From: Phoronis australis
Taxonomy: Eukaryota; Animalia; Phoronida
Direction: 5' to 3'
Assembly (NCBI GenBank): GCA_002633005.1
Contig: NMRA01000116.1
Span: forward strand, 218,474-282,473
DNA: 64,000 bases
Part shown: in pieces, positions 11,931 through 26,625 of the stretch
Layout of the letters: every line of letters begins with the position of its first letter
How positions within the stretch are numbered: the stretch's first letter is position 1
Position numbers and translations under genes: made by a program
Notes under the pieces: model-generated
Databases searched by the model: none
What the model saw: only the letters and a program-made list of their open reading frames with translations
Told to the model about the DNA's origin: nothing

Positions 11931-14387
11931 CTAGAAATGAATTTCGACCGATTTATAAAAACTCGTCACAAAAGACAATGTATGACACGCTGTAAGATAG
12001 AATGAAGACCGGGGGATTACTGATTCAGGTGAAAAGTAATGCGTTTAACGATTCTAGTTATCCTTTTCACGTGTAGCTCATATATCTCACGGGATCAAAC
12101 CTTGGATTGCGTGTTTATAGCCCGACCAGCAGTTTAAGTCGCACATTTTCTGCAAACAAAACAGGTTGTCATGCACTCCTAAGACATCACTGAACAACAG
12201 GTGACACTGCATGATGCCTCTCTTGCCAATCACAAGCTCAGAAATAGAGAAGGAACAAAACTATTTCACTATGCCTGCTTCCACAAATCGTGGTTGATGC
12301 TGCATACACTTTCAAACAGTTAATTTATCTGATCAAATATACAGAAATTAGTGATTGTGTGCAGAATTGTGTATTCAGGTGGTAAAGAAAGCGATGAACA
12401 CATGTGTGCCACCAGTTCTTGTGAAGTAATAGTCTATTATAACTTTAGTGTCAAACACAAAACATGATGAAAGAATGGTGAGCAAAGCAACATTAACCAT
12501 CAGCGACTGAAGTAAACGTTTCAGAATTTGGGATTGGCCTGTCCTAAAATTGCGGATTCGAAAATGATGCAATGCCCGCGACTTGGGTTTCAGGCTCATT
12601 AGACAACAATCAAGATCGGATGAGCGTGGTAATGTCTTTAAGATCCGAAGTATTTCTTTTAAGAATTCAACGTCGATAGCTAAACAAGGTCGAAATGCTG
12701 GGCTTTTCTAATTAACCACGCTGTGCGGACAAGAACTGCCCTGTGCAACAAATTCAAACAGTGTTATTCTTTGTGTTGAAAAGCTGTTGTTTTGGTGTCA
12801 AACTCTTTAAGTGTGTTACTTGCAATTGTTTTCGCTATCGACGATGTTTTAGTAGCTTTTGTAGGGGCAAAAATTTCGGCTTCTGAATAGTCATTACTGA
12901 ATTGATATGATACATTTAGGACAATTCAAAAGATATGTTTAATTCTTTTCGAACATTCATGCTGACCTTTTCAGAGTTCTTAAGCTAACTAAAAATCGCA
13001 ATCGATAAGAATAAAGTTGAACAACCAAAACAAAAACAGTGTAAACATTCAGTAACTTGTCAAGTGTCCCAGCAGTGAAATGTCAACCACGCTCAGCCGT
13101 GACACTAGATGTATTTCGGGAATCGTGGGCTGCTTGTATCTAATGTGCAATTTCCCAGAAAGAGTATGGAATTGGGCACTTTCAAGAAAACCTTTGCTTT
13201 GATTGGAATTTTTAAAGGATTTCTTTAAATACAGAAGACGCCCCAAAAAGATTGGTTGAATTCAATTTTAAAAAACACCAATTGCCGGTTGTTCTAAAGA
13301 GGCAATGAACCCAATTTCTCGTGCTTCATTTCAAATAATAATGAACTGTCAGTTCATTCCACGCCCTGGAATCTTTAAGCCGAGTAAGAAACAAGTTAAT
13401 ACCAGAAATATGGCGGTAAGTGGTCTAAATCCAGGCCCGTATTCAGGAGCGTTCGAGGGGTTCGATCGAACACCCCCCCCCCTCCGCGGTCCGCGGAAAA
13501 GGTCCAGCCCCAGCCTATCCGTTAAATATAGGATTCAGATGGACAACAACAGACTTGTTGCAGCTACTGGTACAGCTAACTAACTACAATGATAACTGAG
13601 TTAGTAATAATTAATGAATTTACTTCTGATTCAAAGCGCTTCACGTACCCATCTGGCCGAACCCGGCCAACTTCGCCCGCCAGTGGTATTTGCTTAAATG
13701 ACAGGATCATGCAGACGATTAGAGGAGGCTTTAATCATGGGCGGCGCACCACAGGGGGCTGGGTGGACTATAGCCTCACCACCTTTTTCAGTGCTGTGCC
13801 GCCCATGTTTATGTTACTCATCGGCCTTGAATACACGTTGGAAGGGAGTCTATAAGTAAATGTCTATAACTAGCTAAGCTGTATAGCAGCGAGAGAGCTC
13901 CAAAAAGTAGTGCGATGTGAATGCATTAAAATCGACCAAGAAACAAAACAGCAGAAAATAGGTTTGCTATCTAATATTGCTTCTTAGCATTGTACGGTAA
14001 AGGGCAGGCGTTTTCAAAATTGGAATCGAAAGTGTTCGTCAAGTACAGGTATGTTTTTCGTCCAGTGTCCACTTCGATTGTACACTGGTGGATTGACATG
14101 CATGCATGTACACGTGTGTGCGTTTCCGTTTTTGGTATAAGCCGACCGGGTAAGTCAACTATAAGCGGCCCTCCGTCGTTGCTCAAAAACCAGAATTTAA
14201 CTTTTACCGTGTTTTTATTGTACTGAGAAAACACCGACAAGCATGTTCACACTTTTGAGGAAAAGCAGGTCTAGAACCAATAAAAACTTTGGTTAATGAA
14301 GATAGACTTTTCTTGTTAATGGTGCACAGCCTCACAGAATTCATACGAGCAACTAACTTGTTTGGAAAAGATTTCCAAGGTTAGATG

Positions 14388-14450
14388 CCACTACTTCGAA
14401 GGTCCACTACTTCGAAGGTTCGCCACCTTTGTAAGTTCACTACTTCGAAT
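14388..14450. repeat. Short ~16-bp tandem repeat (ccactacttcgaaggt)n
   Basis: About four degenerate units. Confidence 0.6.
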
Positions 14451-15542
14451 GTACACAATTCCAAAAAGCAGAACTCCGACAGTTATTTTTTTTTCTTAAA
14501 TATAAGCACAGCCCCAGGAGTCGCGTAGTTTTCACAGCTAGGAGTATAGTTCATTGAGATACTGTGTCATGAAAGAATACAAATTTGGTTTTAATTTTTG
14601 CATGTCTTCAAAAGGGGAATACACAAAATAGGGAATCGTGCTTATAAGCTTGAATGAAAATGAATAAATTACTATGATCTGAACCGTTTACACAAGTCTC
14701 AAAAACCACTGGAAATGCCTACAATTTCCAACCGAACAGCAAACACGAATGCTTAATCTGGAAGCAAACTAGTGACAGTAGCCCTGGGCGTACTAAATGA
14801 GCCTATTTCATCAAGTTGGCCAGGAATCACTGCATTTCGCGAACCGAATAGCAGAGCATACTTTTTAAATGATGTGGTTAGCCAGTCTCCAGTGCCCGGC
14901 TGCATAAGACAGTCTCAAATAGAGACTCAACTAAGTTCCTTAAATCTTTTGCGTCATTGTTTCGTTCTTTACTGTGAGATTAACATTTTATCTTTATTAT
15001 GACATCTTCTGTTACTAATGACATTTTCTAATAATATAACTAAAAACTGAGTCTTTAATTCAGTCAAAATATTTTGGGACATAGTCCTTAAATTAGGGAA
15101 TTTAACGTGGAATTCACTCTCGAGCCCAAAAATGACTTAGTAATGGGACTCAAACAGCACAAAAAAGGACAATCAGGGTTTTCACAGGCCCACAAATACG
15201 CACTAGATTTAGGGAACTTGGTTGAGTACCTATTTAGGTCTGTTTCATACAACAGGGCACAGAGCACCAATTTCATGCATTATTTTACTCAAATGGTTTC
15301 GCATGCGTATGCGGTTAATTCCGAGTAGAGGCAATATATCGAATATAGGCGCATATACGGAAAAAATAAAACTTTGCAGTATCAGCCATTGAATTTCGAA
15401 AAAAATGGAAACATTTTTAAGATCTTAGTAACATTACTTTTGCAGAAAGAATTAACGGTTTACATTTACTTAAGTGCGACTGCAAGATTTTAAACATCTA
15501 GATTACTCAATTTGTTAGCAATCAGGCGTTCTCATGTTGGAA

Positions 15543-16080
15543 ATTTATTTATTTATTTATTTATTATTGTGATATTTAAAATGAGGGTGGCCTCTTCAGT
15601 GATAGCACTGCTTTCCAAGAGGGCCCTCAACAAGAAAAACAGTAATATAATACAATGAAGTAATAAAACAACAATGAAATATACGTAACAAAGATACAAT
15701 TAAAACAGTTAAGGTTGAGAATTAAGACAATAACTAAATGACAAATAATGGTAAAAAAATTAACTAAGACAGATGAAATAAATTAAGAGATGACTATAGA
15801 CAAATTAGAGTATTTACGACAATGAAAAAAATGACATGATTAAGATAGGCAGGGTATAAAAGGTTAAGTAAATTACAGCCACTTTTTAACATTAACTTTA
15901 AAGGTAGTAATTGAGTTGGACCGTTTAATTTCTGGGCTAAAAGAATTCCATATTATAGCAGCTGCATAGATAAAAGATCTCTTGCCAGTCTCGGTTTTAA
16001 TTTTTTTAGAAGAAACATTGCCAGCAACAGAAGAACGTGTAGAATAAGCAGCCTGACTGCTATTGAATTTACTGCTGAAA
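15543..16080 (-). mobile_element. 5'-truncated CR1/L2-type LINE 3' end
   Basis: C-terminal ORF2-like peptide YSTRSS...KTETGKRSFIYAAAIIWNSFSPEIKRSNSITTFKVNVKKWL (stop at 15873), followed by a 3' UTR stem-loop (tcttggaaagcagtgctatcactgaagag) and an (AAAT)n tail. Confidence 0.8.
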
Positions 16081-18048
16081 TAGCAAGCGCCAACCTGTCG
16101 CCCGTTAAGAAATTCACGAAGGTGTGAAAAGGGTAAAGAAGTGAGCCAAAGAGTCGCCACTTTTCGTAATTTCGGACCGTCGGAACTTCGGCGGCCCTTC
16201 GGATTATGGGTTCTCGGGACTGGTGGACTATCAACCCTTCTGACCAATGTCTCCTCTGACTACCTAGCCGATCCCCGGCTAACTCTTGCATTTTATGTGT
16301 GCTGAACGGGTGTACCGCAACATAAAAGTGTTCTGGGTGTAGATAGCCTGAGAAATCCAATAATAGCTTATTCGATAACACGTCGTCTGCCACAGGCACA
16401 GGGCGCCATATTCCCATATTCCCTCAGCGAACTTCACACTGCTTTGCTGACCGGTTGTACCAGCAAATGATTCACGAAATGCTGTCAACAAGAGTATGAG
16501 AGAACTTTCATACCAAAGATGTACCTTGTCTGGGAAGCAGTGGGACGTGGCAATACAGAGGTCGGGTACATAATGTTGGCGCTGTAAACAATTTTATTTT
16601 TAGAAAACTGCATTTTTGCTTAAAACTAAGTCAAATCAACATTGCAATGGAACAAACTATTCTAAAATTTGAAGATGTGCAGTTGTTTTTGGATGGTCAA
16701 AACCACAACAAGTTTCAATATCCATATAATTTGATATAACAGTAAGACTGGGTTTTCACTTGAGATCTTTGATTTGGCTTAAAACTTTTGTTGAATTAAG
16801 TAAGCACACAACTGTATAAACGCAAAAAATGTTTAATAGGGGGATTGCTGAAATCTTGAACAGTTCCCTTACAAATCACATTTGAAAACAGTTGAAATGC
16901 GCCACAACACAGTTGTTCCTTCTTGATATCTTCCTTCTGGAATGGAAGTGTCAGAACGTTCTTAAGATGGTATGATAGATCTGGAAGCAAAAGTATGAAT
17001 CATACCATCACCAGATCTGTGTAAGTTTATTGATCTGCTTTTGGAAAAAAAAATGCTTCCCAAATACACCTTTCATAGAATCAGATTTGTAAATGTGCTC
17101 TCAAATTAAAAGCGATACTANCGTCTTGCAAAACCACCTGCAAATAGATTTACAGGTAACATTTAAATGCACTCACATTGACACACCGACATTGAACTAA
17201 ACTTTAATTTTGAAACATTACCAGAATCTCAAAATTACTCTAGTTTCATAATTACAAAAAAATTGGTATGGACACTTCAACTACTTTTCTTGGACTTCAT
17301 TGCATGTTATAAACAAAATTTTAACCTGAGTGAGGCAATTTTAATAGCATGTTTACCAATAAGGTGACATAGAGTTTTACCTTGCACAGCAGCCATGATG
17401 AGACCAATAAATAGAAACATTTTTCCTTGCTGCATACTGAAAAACATTAAACTGACATTGAAGCATGTGAAATGTTCAATACCATTCAGTTCTTGGCCTC
17501 AAAATCAGCAGCAATGTGCTAGAAAATACAGTTTAATCGCCATATAATTCAAAAAGTATGCATGCAAAGTTACATCAATTAATAAATAGCCTATAAACCT
17601 ACCCAGCAAAAAGGCCTTTTTCTTCATTTTTACCCGTCCTTGATGAAACCATGTTATCAGAATAAATAACAGAAATAATACAATAAAGGACTGACTTTGA
17701 CTACTTGGTAAAGTTCATTTTCAGATGAGAAATTAAATCATGTAAATAAGCCAGTAAACAGAACAAGGGAAACGAAACAATAAAGCAACAACTTTATTAA
17801 TTAATGACTTCGGAAACACTGAAAACGGAGCTACAATAAAATTCTCAGCAAAGCTTAATACAGAAATAATCTTTAGTATTACGGTTAGCGGCAGAGTTCA
17901 TTTCAGATGAGGTTAGTGGCTATTTACCCACGCTCAAACACAAAGAACAACCTTTAATTAAATCACTTTCTATTGAAACTGCTCTCCAAATGTTTCTTAG
18001 AAAAAATACAGGTGAGATTTTTGAGCTTGGAAAGAACTGACTGTCCTT

Positions 18049-18311
18049 CATTGCGTGACACAAGGCTCTGCAAGCTGACTTGTCACTACGTATCATTTCA
18101 TCTATTGAGCACACTGACTGTTGGTCATTGCGTGACACGAGGCTTTGCAAGTTGACTTGTTACAACGTATCACTTCATCTAACGACCACATTGACTATTG
18201 GTCATTGCGTGACACGAGGCTTTGCAAGTTGACTTGTTACAACGTATCATTTCATCTAACGACCACATTGACTATTGGTCATTGCGTGACACGAGGCTTT
18301 GCAAGTTGACT
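18049..18311. repeat. 77-bp tandem repeat, about 3.4 copies
   Basis: cattgcgtgacac recurs at 18049, 18126, 18203 and 18280. Confidence 0.9.
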
Positions 18312-20691
18312 GCAAGCGGCTGGAGCTTGGTAATGGAAACATAACATCTTTTACCAATAAATAGTGTTGGTTTAAATACTAGTAAAAAGTGATGCCTCTA
18401 GCATATTTTAATTTACCAAATTTCAATGTGTTAACATTCAAGCTAGGCTTTAAAACAACCATTTGAAAACAATATTGCAGTTTGAACACAACTGTGCTGA
18501 CCCCACTAGTACCTCAAATCCAGTGTTACATAGTACTACATACTAAGTGTTTTGTATGGCATGATTGAGTAGACTTTAAAGATCATACTCTGGCTTACCT
18601 ATCGTATTTAAATACATTGTGGGTGACAAAAGTGAGAGTGAACTCAAGACCAGAGTAAAAGAACAGATAGAGAAAATACACCAGACCCAATCGCTGCATG
18701 CTGTGGGTATCTGCAAAACATGGAGTAAAACAAATCCAGGGTCAGGGGAGACAAGGTAGACACACACAAGCATGTGGTAAACATGTCTTCTAAACAAGAT
18801 TCCTTCGGCACAACTGGCTTTTGTTCTTTCAGGTCCAGCTTCTGCTGTGAGTTGGTGATGTGTATCATTAGTTGATAAGACATGCTGGAAACTGAGCAGC
18901 TCAAGACTTGGATTTTTGTTGACATAGTACTTCATAACAATTTTGAAAATTTAAGAACCCACACAGTCTAATTTTTACTGCAACCTCTACTCACATTTTA
19001 TGATTTTGATCAGTTTTCATGTCCCACAAAGAAAATGGAAAATAGAGCCTGGATGCTTTCAAGGCTTCTGTTTAGATATGATCTGATAAGAAACGGTACC
19101 TACCCTCATTGTGTGACCCAGTGAATAGAGTCATTCTATTGTCGATAACTAGCCCCCTATGGAGAATGCAATGAGGATAGAACCTGTGGAGCTGACGGGA
19201 CAAAAGATTTCTACAAATCGATCCTTATCTTGTTTAAAAGGGATGTTTACAACATGAAAACATACTTAGTGTGACAACACACATACATTCACAAAAATGA
19301 ACATCTGTCCATGCAATGGGAACATGGTCAAAAGTACTGACAGGGGTGCGTTCAGTAGACCCAAGACACTCGTGAAACACTAGCGGTAAGAAATCTTTGC
19401 TTATGGAATGGAGATTAATAGTGAAATTTCTCCCATAATTTAACCTTCCAGTGAACCAACCACATCTGATTCAGTAATCGTCATTTCACTAGGATAAGGT
19501 AGCAAGATACCACGCAGACTGTCTCGCAAAACGCTCGACTTTTAATCGCATGATTTTGCGTGATCTTTCATCACATAGGATTTAAAACGAATTTCTCACA
19601 TCTTCGGAATGCACCCTCGTAAGAATAATACAGAGACAATAAACACCACACACTCTAATCTAGTGTTCACCTGTAACAACTAATGTGACAAAATTCCAAC
19701 ACAGTCATCTCTATCATTAAGACACGAGACATGTACAAATACTTCAATCTGAAACAATGCCCACTTCAAGAGAGTGACTACCCTAACTCATTTTTACACC
19801 AAAAAGTAGAATTATAAAATACAGTAATATCATCATCAAAAAAGTATTTTTCCGCGATCAGCCCAAACACGGACTCAAACTTGGAACCTTCCTCATCACA
19901 GCCAAATACTTGTGGAGCTAAATTCCAAACGACAAAAAGCGAAGTATTTTAATCATATTTAACTGGTAGTCACCAGCCTTGATTTCAGAAAATGACAATG
20001 ACAAGAAAAGGAGATTCATAGCAAAATCACTGACCTTTTAGAGAAAGATAACAAGTTATTTGAAATTGTCAAGTACATAAAGTTCATTAGCAAAAATCAT
20101 GTGTAATAACAAATACTGTCAGTTTCCACACTCCTTAAAGCAAGCAGCTTGTAAACATGCCATCTGCAAAATGCAAATATGTGGATGACATTTTTGAAAT
20201 CACAGCATTTACCTGCCCGTGATACGCCCTCTACTGGTGAAAACGTGAACAGTGAGTAAGGATTGATGAGGCGAACTCCCTGCTGTAAACCGGACTTGAC
20301 TGACTTAGCCTGAAACATAAGTTTACACCTGAGTGTCCAGTTGTATCGATAGCAGTCAGATAAAATAATATAATGCCCAAAATATTGCGTCTGCTGCTTA
20401 TTCCGAAAGAAAGAGTTTACCATATGTGACCAGGGCCCAGGAGCTAATCTTTGTACTTAAAATCGAACTCAAAATTGTTTTTGACATTTTCCGTAATTGT
20501 ACTTCAATATAAACTCAAAATAGCCAATTACTCTATACTTGAGTACATTACAATTTTTGCAGATGAGTTTCCAGTCCAAGTTCACACTAAACTACCCTAG
20601 ATTCAAGCTAAAAACTCGAGTAAAAACTAGAGACTTTAAGCGAAAACTCGAAATTTCAGGTTCGGACTCAAATTTTAATGCTGGGGCCATC

Positions 20692-21120
20692 ATTAGGCAA
20701 ATCTTACGCTAAAAGCATTTGCATGCAAGCGGATGAGAAAGCATGCACCGTTTACCCCAGAGTATCGAGTGAATTCCTCAACACTTCAATGGCTTGATGG
20801 CACTGTCATGGATTGAAGTGAGCTACCATAGTCGCTATTTATGGGCTTGGCTCAATGTGTTGGATGTGATAATTGCAATTGTGAATCAACACGTCAAAGT
20901 AAAAAACAAACGATAAGTAAGGCAAACGACCAACATGGCTGTTTTTAAAATTGAAAAATAAATAGTAGCAGCATCTTTTAAGTTTTTGAAATCAATACAT
21001 TCTAAGAGAAATTAGCAAATAAGTGTTCTTTGGCATCGCGGCTAAGCTACGAGCATTAATTTATGAATCGATTAGGACCAGTTAGTCACAGTCTGGCTTA
21101 CGCTAGCTTGGGCGGAAAAC
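20692..21120 (+). mobile_element. Truncated copy of the MITE at 35641-36103
   Basis: Collinear similarity starting attaggcaaatcttacgctaa. Confidence 0.75.
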
Positions 21121-22664
21121 CCTAAATGAGTGATATGTAATTAGAAAAAGCTAACTCGTCCTATTAAAGAACAAACAATAAAGGTTTGCACCAAAGGACA
21201 TGAACTAAAACTTTGTTTTCAAAGCTGGAGCTACCTGTCGTGTTAACAATCAACCTTCAATCAGATCCTTGAATTAAGGTAAATCCCGTCACTTTAGGGT
21301 ATGATAGGGTGCACATGTGAAATGCGGCACTAAAATACTGCTTTGGAATGTTTACGTTATGTGACAGAGCAACATTGGACAATGAATTGCAAAACTGTGG
21401 GTCTCAATGACAGAGTTACAGGCCGATGAAAATGATGGACGTTATTGACGTTCAAAATTGCCGAGATTTTACTGCAGATTCATTATTTGTAAAGTTCACC
21501 TGGAAACTACGTATTCTACCAATGCTAACAAAAAGAGCAACACAAAGCACTGAAATGCACCCATGACTGCACCGTAAATGGTTTGCTTCTAGGGGTGTTT
21601 ATTAGTAACATAACAACGGCCACTAGATGGCGCAGAATATGTCAAACAGGTCGTAAAATGTGAAGGCATGTCATCTTCTTATTTTGCAAAAAAAGGTCCT
21701 ACATAACTAATAAAAAACTATATGCTAAATTTCAACAGGTACACGTAGACCAACTTTGACCGTTTAATCAATTTGGCAGACAGAGAAGCAAGTGCAAAAG
21801 AACAGACTCAAAAATAATAAAAATGACAACTAGGTGACACAGAATACGTCAGATCTATCCTAAAACTGATGACGAATCTGCCAAGGAGCTCCGACGATAC
21901 AAAGGTAAACGTACAAAATAAACTGCCACAAGGGCGCACAGCAATAGTAAGATCCGTCCAAAAGTCGTGCGTGGTCATCTGTTGTCAGGACAACACTAAA
22001 TTTAATAAATATCCTGGAAATTGTTGAGGACATAAAACTGCAGATGCAAAAAATATAAAATTGCCACTTGGAGGTGCTATACTGTCAAAAAACCAACGTC
22101 ATCTGTAGTCTAGGTACACGTATATCGATTTTTATGATACGTTCGGCAGTTTGGTAAATAGGCAGATGCAAAAACAAACGGGAATGTAATAAAAATGGCA
22201 TCTTAGTGACACATAATAACTCAGATTCGAATTTTATGAAAATGTGTGCGATTCCGAAGACACAGAGGCAAATACAAAAATAAAAGTGCCACCTGGGGGC
22301 ACAGCAGTACTGGAATGAGTACGTAACTCGTCATTCATCACCAGCTTCATAGGAAAACATCTGCCAAATTTCATTAATACCTTCAAAGGGATTTAAGAGA
22401 TACAGCAGTCAATAAATGCCGAATTCCCAAAGAGAGAAGACGGCAATATGCACCCAAATGTATATATGCATATGTGGAAACATAACATAAACATAAAAAG
22501 AACATGATGGGGCAACCCATATGAAACAAAACACCGAAATGTCACCATCACTGAATGCCTCCAGCTAATTTAGGCAACAGGAAATTTTTATTTTAATCAT
22601 CAGAAAAAAGAAGCACCTGGCTAAGGTTATTTAATATCGCCCTCTGAGTAGTCACAGGGACTTA

Positions 22665-25600
22665 TCAGTCCTTGATCCGCATAGCTAAATCATTTATAAC
22701 AAATGCTTTCAGGGCCACAAGAATCTGCGCTTTAATTCTAACATCAGCCGAGACCAACATTGCCAAAGCCACAGCATCCTCGATTCTCAACTTGTCCAAG
22801 ATACTCTTCACTTGATTGTACAACCTTTGCTTCTTCTCTTGAGGGAGTTCCTTCAATACAGTTGCCACTGCTTTGAACTTCCCATAGGTGACAGCATATC
22901 CAACAAAGCCGCCTACAGCACCACCTGGGAGTAGAAAAAACAACAGCTGGATGCAGTGAACGTACGGCAGACAACTGTGGATGACTCATGATATATATCG
23001 GAACATGTATCGAGCATGTCCTTATTTATTTAGGGTCATGTGCTTCTACGTAAAAGTGCACCTACATGCCGATGCATATGTGCCTATATGAAAAATATTT
23101 ACAAAATAACCAAGCTTTTCAATACCAATCAAGACAGTTTTGAATTATTCCACGCAAAAGGTAGACGTGCATCCCCCAAGGGTACGGCTGAAAAAGCCTG
23201 TTGACGAGAACAAAACGGACACTAAGAGATGCTGCAGAAGTCTAATGTGCCCAAAAAGAGACTGGTGTTGGCCCATCGCCATTACATACCTCACTCTCAA
23301 GCTTCATTGAAACCTGTTGATCACTTCTCTAGATATCATTCCAGAATGTTCTTACCCTCAAAAAAAGAAAAACCCTGTATTCCTGGCTCGGGCCAATTGA
23401 AAACGACATACACTACCATAGCTACGGCTAAACTCTTGTACAAAATTTTATAAAATTATGACCAGGGTTTTTTGAGATTATCGAGCAAAAACTGGGCTAC
23501 AGGACAACTGTACAAAATGGCCATCACGAGATGCTGCAGTAACCAAATTTGTCTAAACACAACTGTAAATGCTCACGAGGTGGCACACACTTTTTCAGAG
23601 CCATTGTTGAATTTACCTCTGCCAAGTTCCTTAACAAGAGCAACGCAGAGCGTTGAAATGCGCCCACAATTGCACCGTATACGGTATCCTTCTAGGGTTG
23701 TTTATTGGTACCATAAAGTGGCCAGTAGAGGGCATATATGTAGTATGTTGTACTTTGCAAAATGGAAAGGCATGGTCATTGTCTCCTCAATAGGCTAGGG
23801 GCAAAATGTGAGTGATCTTCATAATACAAGCACATCCTATACATCAGTTGCTTAAAGCACCACAGAAACATAGAATTAAAAACAAATTTACCAACATACC
23901 AGATTAGCACAGCATTAGAATGCCAGAAACAAATTTCTAATTGGAACTTTTCCTTCATAGTCACGCAGTAACACAAAGTATAAACCTGAAGACCTATGAA
24001 AATACAGAGGTCAATGTAAAATACTAAAATTGCCACTAGAGGCATACCGGTAGTCAGAATCATCCTAAAGTCATCATCGTCCGTTGTCAACATCACATAA
24101 ATACACTTACTAAATTTAGTAAAGATCTTGCAAACGGTTTGGGAGATACAGCCATGGGTGCAAAAAAACTGCCACTAGGAGGCGCCACAGTAATCAAAGT
24201 CGTGGGAAATTCAGCGTCAACCGTCCTCTTCATAGTAAGAACATACATGCCAATTTTCACAATCATACTTAGAGCGGTTTGCTTGATAGAGGGGTGGACG
24301 CCAAAAAATAGACTCAAAAACAGTAAAAATGGCCACTGGGTGTCGCAAACTAGGTCGAATCCAACCGAAAACGGGAGGATAGCGTCATCCCACTAATAGG
24401 TGCCAAAATAACAAATTTCATGAAAATCCGTTAAGGACTTGTGAAGATACAGAGGTAAACGTAAAAAAATAAAATTGCCACTAGGGGGCACACTGGTAGT
24501 CGGATCCGTCCAAAAGTCGTCATCGTCTGTTGTTAACTTCATATAAATACACTTATTAAATTTCGTAAAGATCCTGCGAACGGTTTAGGAGATACAGCCA
24601 TAGGCGCAAAAAATAAAAACTGCCACTAGGAGGCGCCACAGTAGTCCAAATCGTCTGAAAATCATTGTCAGCTGTCCTCTTTATAGTAAGCACATACATG
24701 GCAATTTTCACAATCATCATTTGAGCAGTTTGGTTGATAGAGGGGTGGACGCAAAAATACAGACTCGAAAACAGTAAAAATTGCCACTAGGTGGCGCAAA
24801 CTATGTCGAATCCATCTGAAAACGGGAGGATAGCGTCATCTCACTAATAGGTGCCTAATACCAAATTTCATGAAAATCCGTTCAGGACTTTTGAAGATAC
24901 AAAGGTAAGCGTAAAAAACTAAAATTGCCACTAGGGGCCACATCGGTAGTCGGATCCGTCCGAAAGTTCGCACATGCCGTCCCATTCACGAATAAAACAT
25001 ATGTGCCAAATTTCATGAACGTATGTCAAAGGGTTTTGGAGATAAAGCAGCGGACGTCGGACGGACGCTGCCCGGACAGACGGACGGACGGACGGACGGA
25101 CGGAGATGACGGCATAATGCGTCCACATATAAATATGTGGGCGCATAAAAATGGGCACCTGCTGAATTGACTGGTCATTTTCAGTTTTGTGCTGTATGCG
25201 AAGGGTATGTGCTTGATTTTTAAATCTGCTCCGATTGAAAGATTGCCAGAAGTTGATTCATTGACCCACTTTTTCCTCGGGTGTGGCTGTTCTTCAACCC
25301 GCAGCTTGTAAGCAAGAAGTTGAAATTTACCAGGAAATTCAGATACCCTACAAACACTTTAGATTTGTAAAAAATCTGGCTGGTTGACACCCACTTTTCT
25401 TCTGATTTCTGCAATCATACATACTCTATAGTCTACGCTGCAATGTGGAGTTCTGACAGTATGAATGCACTCAGTCTCTCAGTTGACAGTAATCGCATGC
25501 CAATGGTGGCTTTGGGGAGAAAACTGTTGATCTGGTGGATTTTTGTTTGTTTTTCAGTAGCTAGCTGGAGTTGTGCTAGTCGTAAAAGATGGAAAAATTT

Positions 25601-26625
25601 AATATGGAATCAGTTCCAACTTCTTGACTGTCTTAGCTCAATATCCTGTTCCTATTTTCAGGTTTGGTACTCCCTGAGGTACAGACTGTTGGAACTGCTA
25701 AGACGTGGTTTTTCAAACCCAAAACAGCAAACACTGTTGAGTGCTGCCTGAGAGGAAATCTGAAATGTGGAGTTAAATTATCTCTATGTTGCAGTAACCA
25801 TTGCACTATGTAATCCATCATGAACAAAACTAGTTGACAAGGTGTTTTATGGCTTGTGGTTTTAATAAACTGGCAGGTCTACTACTGCTGCTGCTACTAC
25901 CGCTACTACGCTGAACTTGTCACATCAAAAAACGAAGAAAATACTTATTGTGGGTGTATGTGTGCAAGTCTAGTATCATTGGTTTCAATTTGATAATTTG
26001 TTGATTTTAATCATTTAATAATTTCATTCTAATTAAAGATAATCATCAAATTCTCAAATGCACAGGAAAAGTATCATGCCATCTCCTGTTCTGACACCAA
26101 TGGAGTTAGCGGGTAGCGGCTGACTATAGAATTGTGGGTAACAGTCAGATATTACGTTCTGCATTTTGAAAATCAGTTTTCTCCCCTGAATAACAGGCAT
26201 CAAACTTGTTCTCAAGATGTAGGCATATTATATCCGATTAGCGCCGAATTTTGTTGCACGATAGCACATGCTCATACAAATCAACATCGTTGATAAATGA
26301 AGAATACACTTTCCTTATAATGACCAAAACTGACCAATGTCAAGAGACCCTCATATACACTCCTGACCACTAAATCTTGAAACAAGATGCAATGTACATA
26401 AAATACATACTGACAAAGTACAAAAAGACAGAACCGCATACACTAATGCACCTTTAGACACATACCTACAAAAATACCAAGTGGACCCATTAACAGACCA
26501 CCTGCAACACCACCAACACCTGTTATCAGACCACCTTTCAAAGACTCAGTGACAGCTACTTTCAGACCCTCCTCGTCAGCTAAGTTAGCTAACACTCTCA
26601 CGACTTCTTCCACTTCAACTGGCAT
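22665..26625 (-). CDS. C19orf12: C19orf12 (MPAN/Nazo) homolog, 139 aa, two coding exons
   Basis: Exons 26625-26466 (MPVEVEEVVRVLANLADEEGLKVAVTESLKGGLITGVGGVAGGLLMGPLGIFVG) and 22924-22665 (GAVGGFVGYAVTYGKFKAVATVLKELP...IKD*). Phase-1 GT-AG intron, glycine-zipper segment, 420 nt total. An acceptor just before the ATG implies an upstream UTR exon. Confidence 0.93.
23990..25151 (-). mobile_element. Helentron/DINE-1-like non-autonomous element with ~450-bp internal tandem units
   Basis: On the minus strand it starts with the hairpin tttttatgcgcccacatatttatatgtggacgcat, followed by a (GTCC)n microsatellite. aaaattgccactag units recur at ~24026, 24471 and 24921. Degenerate relatives lie at ~21600-22490, ~45130-45500 and ~59690-60070. 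Confidence 0.65.

Noticed and set aside
12375-12500. MVNVALLTILSSCFVF as the signal-peptide exon of the trunk-like gene
   Set aside because: Plausibly hydrophobic, but there is no convincing phase-compatible splice donor; left unassigned.
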